64,000 nt of DNA. Origin: a bacterium. GTDB lineage: Bacteria; B130-G9. Of the stretch, positions 35,783 to 47,100 are shown piece by piece (position 1 is the stretch's first letter; each line of letters starts with the position of its first letter). Location of the stretch: the NCBI GenBank assembly GCA_035527515.1, contig DATLAJ010000114.1, positions 7,994-71,993 on the forward strand, written 5' to 3'. Made by a program: the position numbers and the translations under genes. The notes under the pieces were generated by a model. The model saw only the letters and a list, made by a program, of their open reading frames with translations, did no database searches and had not been told where the DNA came from.

Positions 35783-36658
35783 ATGCCTGATAGGGACCTT
35801 CCCGCCCTGTCCATCGTCATCCCGGTTCAGGACGAGGCAGATTCTATTGGCTCGGTCATAAGCTCCGTCAAGGCCGCGCTCGATTGCCACGAGGGAGGCT
35901 ACGAGATAGTAGCGGTCGATGACGGCTCTGCTGACAACAGTGCCCAGTTGGCCGAGGATGCCGGGGCGAGGGTCATCTCGCATGGCTTGAGGCGTGGCTA
36001 TGGTGCGGCGCTAAAGACTGGGATCAAGGCGGCCAGGGGACGGACAATCGCGATAATCGATGGGGACGGCACGTATCCGGCGGAGGTGATTCCTGCGCTC
36101 GCACGGGGGCTTGAATCTGCCGACATGGTCGTCGGGGCGAGAGTGCGGGCCGGGGCCTGCGTGCCGATCACGAGGAGGCCGGCCAAATGGCTTCTGACGA
36201 AGCTTGCGGGCTTTCTCTCAGGGGTGAAGATTCCTGACCTCAACTCCGGGCTGCGAGCCTTCAGAAGGGATGTTGCCCTGCCCTATCTGCGGGTCCTGCC
36301 GGACAGGTTCTCATTCACCTCGACCATAACGCTTCTGATGCTCGGGGACGGGAAGTCGGTGGAGTACATGCCCATCGACTATCACAGGCGGGCCGGCAAG
36401 TCCAAGATAGTCCCCAGCGACGCCTTCTCATTCTTGATACTCATCATCAGAACCGTGATGTTCTTCAATCCGCTCAAGTTCTTCCTACCTATTGGGCTCG
36501 TTATATTTCTTGTGGGCGCGGCGAAGTTGTCCACGGACTATCTGATCTATGATAGACTATCATCAACCTCCGTGCTGCTGATACTATCCGCCATCCAGAT
36601 ATGGGGTCTGGGCTTCTTGGCGGAGCTGGCCCTGTTCCTCGAAAGGCGAAGGAAGTAA
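35783..36658 (+). CDS. GT2 polyprenyl-phosphate glycosyltransferase (DPM1/ArnC-like) with C-terminal TM helices
   Basis: LSIVIPVQDEADSIGSVI...YEIVAVDDGSADNS...DGDGTYP, the typical GT2 DxD region. Two C-terminal TM helices as in ArnC/GtrB. Confidence 0.75.
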   Translation: MPDRDLPALSIVIPVQDEADSIGSVISSVKAALDCHEGGYEIVAVDDGSADNSAQLAEDAGARVISHGLRRGYGAALKTGIKAARGRTIAIIDGDGTYPAEVIPALARGLESADMVVGARVRAGACVPITRRPAKWLLTKLAGFLSGVKIPDLNSGLRAFRRDVALPYLRVLPDRFSFTSTITLLMLGDGKSVEYMPIDYHRRAGKSKIVPSDAFSFLILIIRTVMFFNPLKFFLPIGLVIFLVGAAKLSTDYLIYDRLSSTSVLLILSAIQIWGLGFLAELALFLERRRK

Positions 36659-36668
36659 TCCCCTCCCC

Positions 36669-38558
36669 ATGTGTGGTATCTGCGGCATTGTCAAGGACTC
36701 AGGATGCAAGGTTGATCCGGCGCTAATGGATGATATGACCGACCTGATGCGGCATAGAGGGCCGGATGATCGCGGCATCTGGATCAATGCTGCGGGCAAC
36801 GTCGGGCTCGGTGCGAGAAGACTGAGCATAATTGGCCTCTCAAATGGGCACCAACCGATATCGAATGAAGAGGGGACGTGCGTTCTCGTGGCCAACGGAG
36901 AGATCTACAACTACAGGACTCTCAAGAGTGATCTGATAGGCCGGGGCCACAACTTCTCAACTGACACAGACATAGAGGTCATCCTGCACCTCTATGAGGA
37001 GAGAGGTCCAGATTTCGCCGAAGTATTGAACGGCATGTTCGCATTCGCCATCTGGGATGAGAAACGGCATCGACTTGTTCTATGCCGAGACCGCATGGGC
37101 ATCAAACCGCTCTTCTATATGCAATTGACAGACCGCGTCGTCTTTGCATCCGAGATAAAATCGATTATCTGTGACCCGAGCGTTCCGCGGGAACTTGATC
37201 TGCAGGCCATGCACGATTACTTCACTTTTGACTACATCCCCGGAGAACAGACGATCTTCAAGGGGGTCCGAGAGGTCCAGCAGGGATGCATAGCTGTTTT
37301 CGAGCAAGGGGACATGCGAACCACTCGTTATTGGGACCTGTCCTATAATCCCGATGTCGAACCGAAGCCCCTGCATTACTACGAGGAGCGTGTACGGGAG
37401 CTCCTATCCGAAGCGGTTCGCAGACAGCTCATGAGTGAGGTTCCTGTTGGTGTCCTGCTCTCTGGTGGGATGGATTCGAGTGCGATCGCGGCTTACATGG
37501 TTGCACACGCCTCGGAGAGGATTAAGACTTTCTCAATTGGCTTTGAGGACTCTTCATTCAATGAGCTTCCCTATGCCAGAATAGTGGCACAGGAGTTGGG
37601 CACAGAGCACCACGAGATGGTAGTTAGCGCAAAGGATGTCCTCGACGTGCTGCCCTCTCATGTCGGCTTTATAGATGAACCTTACGCGGACGGAGCAGCA
37701 ATTCCGACTTATTACGCCTGCAAGATTGCAAGTGAGAAGGTCACAGTGGTTCTTTCAGGCGAGGGAGGGGACGAGATATTCGCGGGATACGACACACATG
37801 CGGCCTACCGGTTCGCCTCGGCCTTTCGAAAGGTCCCGAAAGCCTTCAGAGAGCACATTCTGCGCCCGTTGATCGACCTTTTACCAGTATCCCATAAGAA
37901 GATCAGTTTTGAATTCAAAGCCAAGAGGTTCATTAGAGGCGTCTCGCTGCCAATTCCCCAGGCGCATCTCTTCTGGCGTATTGTTCTGTCCGAGGCCGAG
38001 AAGCTGAGCCTCTACTCTCCCGCATTGAGAGACGAAAAAGGGCTGGCCACCTCTGACAGGATTTTCGCGCAGCTCTTCGAATCATGTCACGCAGAGGACC
38101 CTCTCAACCGGCTTCTTTACATAGACAGCAAGGTCTTTTTGCCTGACGACCTCTTCGTAAAGAACGACAGGATGAGCATGGCTCATAGCATTGAGGCGCG
38201 GGTGCCTATGACCGATCCAGACCTCGTTTCTTTCCTGAGCAGCGTGCCGGGGAACGTGAAGATAAGGGGCCTTCAGAGGAAGTTCCTACTGCGAAGGGCT
38301 TTGCGAGAGGTTTTTCCGAAAGCGATCGTCAAGAAGAAAAAAGTCGGCTTCGATATGCCGTTCAGCAAATGGCTGAAGCGCGAGTTTTATGACTTCATGA
38401 TGGACGCCTTCAGGACGCAGAAGCTCAGGGAGGCAAACCTTTTCGATTGGGGCTTCGTGGAGAACCTGATCGAGGACCATAGAGCTAATCGCCGCAACAA
38501 TGCTCGCCCACTGTGGGGACTTCTCAATTTTGCAGTTTGGTACGATGCATATATGTAA
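36669..38558 (+). CDS. asnB: asparagine synthase (glutamine-hydrolysing)
   Basis: N-terminal nucleophile MCGICGIV. The PP-loop SGGMDSS (here LSGGMDSSAIAAY) is present. Length 629 aa. Confidence 0.85.
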   Translation: MCGICGIVKDSGCKVDPALMDDMTDLMRHRGPDDRGIWINAAGNVGLGARRLSIIGLSNGHQPISNEEGTCVLVANGEIYNYRTLKSDLIGRGHNFSTDTDIEVILHLYEERGPDFAEVLNGMFAFAIWDEKRHRLVLCRDRMGIKPLFYMQLTDRVVFASEIKSIICDPSVPRELDLQAMHDYFTFDYIPGEQTIFKGVREVQQGCIAVFEQGDMRTTRYWDLSYNPDVEPKPLHYYEERVRELLSEAVRRQLMSEVPVGVLLSGGMDSSAIAAYMVAHASERIKTFSIGFEDSSFNELPYARIVAQELGTEHHEMVVSAKDVLDVLPSHVGFIDEPYADGAAIPTYYACKIASEKVTVVLSGEGGDEIFAGYDTHAAYRFASAFRKVPKAFREHILRPLIDLLPVSHKKISFEFKAKRFIRGVSLPIPQAHLFWRIVLSEAEKLSLYSPALRDEKGLATSDRIFAQLFESCHAEDPLNRLLYIDSKVFLPDDLFVKNDRMSMAHSIEARVPMTDPDLVSFLSSVPGNVKIRGLQRKFLLRRALREVFPKAIVKKKKVGFDMPFSKWLKREFYDFMMDAFRTQKLREANLFDWGFVENLIEDHRANRRNNARPLWGLLNFAVWYDAYM

Positions 38559-38666
38559 GTCCTGCATGCCGTTAAATGTCGAGAGGAAGCTGGCGATAGT
38601 CACGCAAGCCGAGCGGTACAGCCTGTGTGCTCAAGCGAGAGTCTATGCCTACAGTAAAGAGATGAC

Positions 38667-41132
38667 GTGAGGATTTTCTCGGACCTCTCCTCAAGACATC
38701 GTGCGTGGCTGATAGGAATTATAGCGTTGGGCCTCATCGCAAGAGTCGTGTGGATGTTCGCCATGCCCTATTTCGTTCCAGTGACTCAGCAGGCAGACCC
38801 CTCCGAGTACAACCAATTGGCCAAGAACCTCGCCTCGGGAGAGGGCTACCGCTTCGTGGGGATAAAGGAACACCCCATGACGAATCTCGGTGAGCGTCTG
38901 AAGACGCCAACGGCAAGAAGGCCGCCGCTTTATCCGCTGCTCATTTCTCTCGTTTATTCGCTATTTGGCGAGCGATACAGAATCATCTTTCTTCTGCAGT
39001 GTCTGTTCGACGTCGTAACGATGCTCGCCGCCTTCGCGATTGCGAGTCGCCTATTCCAGCGTGCCGAAGTCGCTCTATTGGCAGCCGGCTTCGTCGCATG
39101 CTACCCTCCGTTCTTTCAGCAGAATATCGTCCTAATGAGCGAGAGCCTCGGGACCGTTCTGATGACTCTCTTCTTCCTTGCCCTTATCGTGGCCCTCTCA
39201 AACAACAGGGTCTGGTTATTCGCCTTGTCGGGCCTCCTACTTGGCTCGTGTGCGCTTGTTCGGCCTGATGCGCTTGCCCTTAGTGTGGCCATCCCAATTG
39301 TGCTTCTCTTCGTTCTCAGGAAGGGCAAGCAGAGCTGGAGGCGTGCGGTTTGGTCATCTTTAGCGATACTAGTTTGCTTCTGGCTGGCAATCTCACCATG
39401 GGTCATACGGAACGCTGTGGTGCTGGGCCGTTTCATTCCAGGCACAACGCTAACCGGCCGTGTGATGCTCACCGGCCTTTACATGTCCACGGTCGATCCC
39501 AAATTAGGCATAGCGCCTCTCATGCCTCCGGAGGTTATCGCGCGTGTTAAAGACCTAGACGACATAAGCAAAAATGATGTCCTGGTCCGGGAAGCAGTCA
39601 AATATGCCCTGAAGAACCCGCTCGTATGGCTTAGCGGCGCGCCCGGTAAGATCAACAAGATGTGGCTCAATGCGACTGATTGGTCCTCGCGATACTTCCT
39701 TTACTATCCGACCACAAGCCGTAACCACAATGTCAATTATGCTCTTCTATTCCCTAACCTATTTCTCCTATTCTTCGCCTTCATCGCGGTGTTCCGCTAC
39801 AAGGGCCGCTGGCGGAGACAGGCCGTCCCGATATTCGTCGCTGTCGTCGTGCTGACACTGGCTGAGACCTTTTTGGAGGCGGCGGGGCGACACAGCATGA
39901 AACTAATGCCAGCAATCATGGTTCTGGCTGCCTACGGCCTATATATGACCCTCAAGAGTGACCCCAAAGAAGAGCCCGCTGCCAGAAAAAAACTATGGCT
40001 GTGGGTTGCCACGCTGTCGCTGCCGGTCGTTCTGTTTCTCTGTGGGGAGGCGGTCTTGCGCATCGGTCCCTGGGAGATCGAGCCCGCCTTGCGGCTGGAC
40101 TACGAGACTTTCGTCGCTGGCAATCTAGACCATAAGGGCGCCTTCAAGTATATTTACCAACGGGATAACGACCTCTTCTGGAAAGGCCGACCGAACACCA
40201 ACTGGACGGGAGTCGTCGGACGCGACATACCAGTGTCAATGAATTCCAGGGGCTTCCGCGGCCCGGAATTCACCGCAGAGAAGCCCGCCTCGACATTCCG
40301 AATAGCTTCTCTGGGGGATTCCCGAACATTCGGTTTGGGTGTCTCTGACGAGGACAGCTACTCTCAGAAGCTCGAACGATTGCTCGATGAACAATGTCAA
40401 GGAGATAGAGACGTTGAGGTCCTTAATCTGGGCATAATGGGATATACGTTATTCCAGGGTTGGATATCTCTGAATCTGCACGCGCCTCAGTTCCAACCTG
40501 ATGTCGTGACTTTCGCATTCGGCTTCAACGATGTTCTCCCAGCGGAGCATCCCGATTCGGTCTATTACGCGAACGGCCACAGTTGGTTGGGAAGGTGTAA
40601 GGAGTTCTTGCGGAATAGCAGAGTGTTTCTGCTCTACGAGAAGTTACTGCTCAGGGCCGGTCGTCTCTTCTCGCAGGAGCCGCCGCCTCGTGTTATTGAG
40701 AACTCTGAACAGATGTGCGAGGAGTTCGGGACTGTTCAGCTAGGAGGGATGGTTGTCAAAGACCACAGGGTGGGAGAGACCGAATATCGGGAGCTGCTGG
40801 CCAAATCGGTCGAATTCTGTAAAAGCCGAGGGATCACGCCTCTTGTGATCATCCTGCCTCAGAAGTCGTTAAAGCCCCCGTATGTGAAGGTCCCGAAATA
40901 TCACGGCCTGATGGTCTCCTTCTGCGAGGAGCATCGGGTCCCGTTCGTTGACATGTTCCCTGCCTTCTTTGAATTCACGAATTCAGGGCCCGAGGAAGAC
41001 GCTTTAGACCGTCAGAAGAGGCTTCTATGCTCAATCTGCCATCCGACTGCTTTCGGGCACAGTCTGATAGCGCGGGAGATCGCCAAGAAGCTCGCCGCTC
41101 TCAAGCTCCTGCCGTGCGAACGGCCACAGTAG
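38667..41132 (+). CDS. fusion protein: N-terminal GT-C membrane glycosyltransferase (GT39/ArnT-like) + C-terminal SGNH/GDSL hydrolase domain
   Basis: The N-terminal ~450 aa have more than 10 TM helices with an ArnT-like loop (RRPPLYPLL). The C-terminal region has GDSL block I FRIASLGDSRTFG, block III AFGFNDV, and the catalytic D..H CHPTAFGH. Confidence 0.65.
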   Translation: MRIFSDLSSRHRAWLIGIIALGLIARVVWMFAMPYFVPVTQQADPSEYNQLAKNLASGEGYRFVGIKEHPMTNLGERLKTPTARRPPLYPLLISLVYSLFGERYRIIFLLQCLFDVVTMLAAFAIASRLFQRAEVALLAAGFVACYPPFFQQNIVLMSESLGTVLMTLFFLALIVALSNNRVWLFALSGLLLGSCALVRPDALALSVAIPIVLLFVLRKGKQSWRRAVWSSLAILVCFWLAISPWVIRNAVVLGRFIPGTTLTGRVMLTGLYMSTVDPKLGIAPLMPPEVIARVKDLDDISKNDVLVREAVKYALKNPLVWLSGAPGKINKMWLNATDWSSRYFLYYPTTSRNHNVNYALLFPNLFLLFFAFIAVFRYKGRWRRQAVPIFVAVVVLTLAETFLEAAGRHSMKLMPAIMVLAAYGLYMTLKSDPKEEPAARKKLWLWVATLSLPVVLFLCGEAVLRIGPWEIEPALRLDYETFVAGNLDHKGAFKYIYQRDNDLFWKGRPNTNWTGVVGRDIPVSMNSRGFRGPEFTAEKPASTFRIASLGDSRTFGLGVSDEDSYSQKLERLLDEQCQGDRDVEVLNLGIMGYTLFQGWISLNLHAPQFQPDVVTFAFGFNDVLPAEHPDSVYYANGHSWLGRCKEFLRNSRVFLLYEKLLLRAGRLFSQEPPPRVIENSEQMCEEFGTVQLGGMVVKDHRVGETEYRELLAKSVEFCKSRGITPLVIILPQKSLKPPYVKVPKYHGLMVSFCEEHRVPFVDMFPAFFEFTNSGPEEDALDRQKRLLCSICHPTAFGHSLIAREIAKKLAALKLLPCERPQ

Positions 41133-41189
41133 GGTCGGAAGCCAACACGCAACAACGGCCATCCGCTCTGGTTGCAGCAAAATGTAGCG

Positions 41190-44100
41190 TTATCTCACCG
41201 TGCCAGTGATTGTGAAAGGCACTGAATCGACGGATATGAAGTTGGAGCCTATTGCGCCGGATTCGGCGAGCGCCGCGGCGTAGATGTAAGAGCCCGGCTC
41301 AACGTGCGGGACGCTCAGCTCGAAGACCATCTCAGGCCCGAAGCTGAAGCCCGTGGGCAGAACCCAATCCACAGCCCACGGCCAGAGCCCGAAGCCGAAA
41401 CCCTCCTCGACGAGGCAGATAATTGAGCCATCCGGCAGGATAAAGCCGACGAACGCGTCCACCGTCATCTCGGGACCCTCGTTCACGACTTCAAGATAGG
41501 CCTGCATCAGATCGCCGGCCGCGAACTCGTCCGCGTTCAGCGAGCAGAACACCTCCGCCTCAATCGGCGCCCCCGGAATCGGATAATGGAATCCCATATC
41601 GACAGTCCCGGTGTCGGGCGTCCCGTCAGCCTGAGTCGTCCTGTCGGCCACGCCCGCCTCGTGAGACCATCTGTCGCCTCCATCGATGCAAGGGCTATTC
41701 GGGTGCAGGTAATAGTCCCCGAATGGGCCGGGGACAAACATCGGGTCGCCATAGATATTCCCCTCGCCCTCGTTACCATCCTTGATGCAGCAGTAGCTCG
41801 TGGAGCATCCGGATAGGTCGTCATCATTGCCCCAGATGATGCAGGCTTCAATGGTTGGATTGCCTTCCCTCTCAGAATAGATACCACCGCCTGCGCCGGA
41901 TTCCGCTGCCGAGTTACCAACTATAGTGTTATTAGTGATGCTTGGCGAGCTATGAGAGCTGCAGTATATACCTCCGCCATCGAAACCAAACCGCCCGTAC
42001 ACCTCATTCCCGATAATCAAGTTGTTTGAAATGGTTGGCGAACTGAGTGCGCAGTGTATTCCGCCTCCATGCTTGTCCGCTCTGTTATCGGTGATCGTGT
42101 TGCCCGAGATCGTTGGCGAACTCTGGCTCAGATACATACCGCCGCCGTCGTCCCATACGGAGTTGCTCCTTATTTCGTTTTCCACGATCGTCGGGGAACT
42201 GTGCTCGCAGTAAATGCCTCCACCGTTGCCCCATGAGGAGTTACCCGTTATCGTGTTGGCCTCGATCGTCGGCGAACTATCATTTTCGCAGCAAATACCT
42301 CCACCAATTCCGCCAGCATCGGTGTCATTTGTGCTGATGATGTTGCCGGAGATCAGAGGTGAGCTCTCATCGCAGAGTATGCCTCCGCCGAACGTGCACC
42401 CGTGATTGTTGGCGATCGTGTTATCCATGATTGTCGGCGAGGAGTACTTGCAGCATATCCCTCCACCACCACCAATATCCGTTCCGGGTGGATAAACAAT
42501 GTTATATGTGATGGTGTTACTTGAGATTATGGGGGAGCTCTGCTCACAGTACACCCCGGCGCCGAACTGATATGCCCAGTTGTTTAATATGGTGTTCTGT
42601 TCAATAAGGGGCGAGCTGTCCCCCTCGCAATAGACTCCGCCTCCCGACCCGTACACGTCATTGAAAGAGATGGTGTTATAGAGGATGGTTGGAGAGCTCT
42701 CGACGCAGCAGATGCCGGCGCCGTAGTCGCGCGATGCGTTGTCGCTGATTGTGTTGCTTATGATGTCTGGTGCGCTGTCGCGGCAGTATATGGCACCGCC
42801 GTTGACCGCGTGGTTATCCGTTATTATGTTGCTCTGGATTCGCAAAGAGCTGTTGACGCAATACACTGCCCCGCCGGACTGATCAGCCTCCGACTCACCA
42901 TAGGCCGAGCCGCCGGTCATCGTGAGGTCCTCCACAATGACGTTCTCCACATCAATGCAGCGAATTATATGATAGGCGGAGTACTCCCCGTCGAGAATGG
43001 TTGTGTCGGCGCCGGCGCCTGAGATGGACACGAGGCTTCTCATCGTGAGAGGGTAGATCTCGCCGTTCGTGGTCGCCGAATACGTGCCGGCCGCAACGTG
43101 GATGACCGCCGGACTCGTTTGGGAGACCACGGCTAAACCCAGGGCGCAGCTAATAGTCTTGAACGGTGCGTTGAGGGAGCCATCGCCCAAATCATCGCAG
43201 GCCTGGCCATTCACGTAGAGGTGCTGCGTACCCTCAGCCCAAATCACAAGCCTTTCAGTGGCCGGCTCCGACCACTGAGAATCATCGTCCTGAACCCGCA
43301 ATGAAATAGTTTGCGTGCCTAGCGAAAGACCGGCTGCTGGTTTTTGAAAGCTCTTCTCAGAAGATAAAACGCCGTCCAGGTTGGAACTCCATTGGTAAGC
43401 CTCGATTCCCCCATCCTTGTCGGTGCCATGGCCGCGGAATTCAATTGTGTCCCTGCCGTATATCGCGGGATTCGGCGATATCGAATCGATGTAGGCCACC
43501 GGTCTCGGAAACTGAGCCTCAATGACGAGCTTTTCGGTAGCCGCTTCTGACCAGACGCCCAAATTGTCCCGCACTTTGTAGGAGATGATGTGCGAGCCCA
43601 ATTCCAGCCACGATGCGGGGTAGCTGAAGCGGTTGTTGGTGCTGAGAATCCCTTCGAGGTCGGAGGACCATTCGTGCCTCTGCACGGCCCCGTCAGTATC
43701 GGTCCCGTGCCCGACGAATCGAATCGTGTCCATGTGTTGTGTAGCCGGATTGGGCAATATCGAATCGATATGTGCGATCGGTCGTTCGCCTGCCGGGATA
43801 GGGTAGTGATAGCCCATATCGACCGTGCCGGTGTCCGGGGTGCAGTCGTCCTGCGTCGTCCGGTCGGAGAGCCCGGCCTCTTCTGCCGACATGCTGCCGG
43901 CGTCTATACAAGGACTCTCCGGGTCGAGGTAGTAATCACCAAACGGTCCGGTCGTGAACATCGGATCGCATTCGATATTCCCCTCGCCGGAATAAAGGCC
44001 GTATCCCTGCCAGACGCAGCAATACGTCGGCGTTCCGATGTTATGATTGGTTTGACCTATGAAGATGCAATCCCGGACATCAATGCGGCCATCTTCGTTC

Positions 44101-47100
44101 TCTATTGCATCTGCGCCCCACCCTGAGTAATTCCCCTTAAATGTGCAGTTATCAATTACTGTGCTAAAACCACCAAAACTGCCACAGTATATCCCACCAG
44201 CTTTGCCCCAGCCCACATTGTTGCCAATAATCAGGTTGTTCTCAATAATCGGATTGGCTGCATTGATCCCCGCTCCCTGAGATTGTACCCTGTTGCCACG
44301 TATGATGTTAGCTTCGATAACGATTCTGCTCTCTGCTCCTATAGACGAGATGCCTCCCCCGAATTGAGCATGATTATTCTCAATCACATTGTTTCTGACC
44401 TCAGTGGCGCTATACCTACAGTATATCCCCCCACCGGAACTGAATGACGTCTCACTTGCACCGTTTTCCGTTATTATATTGTCTAGTATTTTGAGATCGC
44501 TGTTGCAGGAATATATGCCGCCGCCGCCGTTTTCTTCATGTTCATAGTCCCAATGACTCCCTGTGCCTCCCGTAATGGTCAATCGTTCAATTGTTGCGCC
44601 GGTCACATTGATACAGTAGAATATATGTCTGGAGTACATCTCTCCGTCGAGAATAGTATTTTCCGCACTATCGCCGACGACGGACACCCAGCTCTTCATG
44701 TTGAGTGGGAAGATCTCGCCGTTGGTCGAGGCAGCGTAGGAGCCGGCCGCGACGTGGATCGTGATCGGATCCGCCTCGGCTCCCCCATAGCGAAGGCTGC
44801 GGTTTATCGTCTTCCAGGGGGAGCCTTCGGACCCGTCATAAGAGTCGTCACCCAGCTGGCCATCGACGTAATAGTGGGAGCCGACCGCCTCGTAGATCTG
44901 AAACGGGCACTGGTCAACGGAGAGGATGCCTAAGGAGCCTGTGCCCGCGCGGGAGACCGCGGTGAGGAACGTATAGCTGCCAGGTGCAGCCTCGGCTGGG
45001 ATAACTAGTTCGAAGACCATCTCAGGCCCTGCGGCGAAGCCAGAAGGCAGGATCAGATCGGAATACCAGGGCCAGATGCCAACTCCGAAACCGTCTTGGG
45101 TGAGCGAGACCATCGAACCGTCCGGCAGCACGATTGCGGCGAAGATGTCCACCACAACATCCGCGCCTCGGTTCTCAACGCTCATAAAGCCCTGCAAGAC
45201 ATCACCCGCCGCGAACTCGTCCGCGTTCAGCGAGCAGAACACCTCCGCCTCAATTGGCACGCCTGGAATCGGATAGTGGTAGCCCATATCGACAGTCCCG
45301 CTGTCGGGCGTCCCGTCAGCTTGCGTCGTCCTATCGGATACGCCCGCCTCCTCCGCCGATTGGCTGCCGGCATCGATGCAGGGGCTGTTGGGGTGCAGGT
45401 AGTAGTCGCCGAACGGGCCGGGAACGAACATCGGGTCATCCGAGATGTTGCCCTCGCCGGTCCAGTTCCTAATGCAGGAATACGTAATAGTGGCGTCACA
45501 GGAGTACATCTCGTGGCCTGGAGTCGCGTTGTCGGCCCAAATAATGCAGTTGCTGATCGTCCCATTGCACCGATAGAGCCCGGCGCCAAAGTCGGCGCGG
45601 TTGCCGGTAATGGTACAGTTGAGGACCGTGGCCTTGCAGACAAACAAGGCTCCGCCGTCCCCTTCTGCCGAGTTGTTTGAGATGATGCAATCCTCGATCA
45701 GACCATGGCAACGTGCAAGCCCGCCTCCGCCAACATCGGTGTCCGCCCCGGCATAGGTCCAGTTGTCATCAATCGTGCAGCCCGCGATCCTGCCGCTGCA
45801 TTGATAGAATCCGCCCCCATCGAACAAGGCGCCGTTGCCGATTATCTCGCAGGATATGATCTCACCGTGACAACCCGCTAGCCCTCCGCCGTCGTGCCCG
45901 GTGTTAATGAAGACGCTGCAGCGTTGTATGATGCCCTGGCAGCCGTAAAGACCTCCACCGTACTCGCCGGCGCAGTTATTGCTGATCGCGCACTCTGTGA
46001 TAAGGCCGTCGCACGCTGCGATACCGGCGCCGCATTCAGCGGAATTAGATTCTATCGCGCAATTGAGAATCGAGGCCTTCGCGTGATGCGTCCACTTGGA
46101 GGCGCCCCATACTCCTCCCCCATATTCGCTCCAACCGTTGGTAATCGTCATTCCAGCGAGCTGGCAAGTCTCATCCTCTGTGCCATCGAATGCGACAACT
46201 GGCCCCAGTTCTTGTCCATCGATGATCGTAGCGGATACGATGTCGGAATCGCTAGGGTCCGTTGATCTCAGCGTCACATTTCGTCCTCCGAACTGGATGT
46301 TCTCATAATACGTCCCCGGGTGGACGATGACAGTATCGCCATCACGGGCGGCGTCGATGGCTTTCTGGATGCTCTTGAAATCTCCGGACCCGTTTTCCTT
46401 GACCTCGTATGTGATCGGCCTGTCGCTGTGGCATATGAACGAGGTCTGAGAGAGATCGGTGAGCATAGCGCTTGAATCCATCGAGCCGTGCTCATAAACC
46501 GCCGAATAAACCGTATAGTTGCCTTCAAGGGCTGTGTCACTCAATTCGTAGCCGAACGTATCGACAAAAGCACTCTCCGGCCCAAGGGATACGTCGGCAA
46601 TCCAGGGGGTCATATCAGCAGATAGCGATGGGATGAAAAACAGTTGTCCGCCGGGAACTTCGATCGCCGCATAGACGTCAACCTGCCGCTCAGTGTCCGA
46701 GCTTCCCGCGTGGATCGATAGCTTGGCGGTCTCGCCAGTTCCGTAGGTCTGCCTGTCGGCTTCTACATAGACGTAGCAGCCGACAGGGTACTCATAGGCC
46801 CCCATGTCAACAATCCGGTTGGCTATTCTCGGACCACCCTCAACGTCCCTGAGGCCTGCGACATAAGAATTACTTCCCGTGTCAATGCACGGCGAATAAG
46901 CGGAAAGATGGTAATCGCCGTCAACAGCATCGACGAACAGCGAGTCGTCGGAGATGTTGCCCGCGCCCGAAGCCTCCCAATGGCCAATGCAGCTGTTGAA
47001 CGATGTGAACGATGAGTCATCTGGGTAAACATCGGGGCCTTCAGGGGCCCAGTTACCCCAGACGATGCTGTTGAATATCTTCCCGCTAAACTCGTAAATC

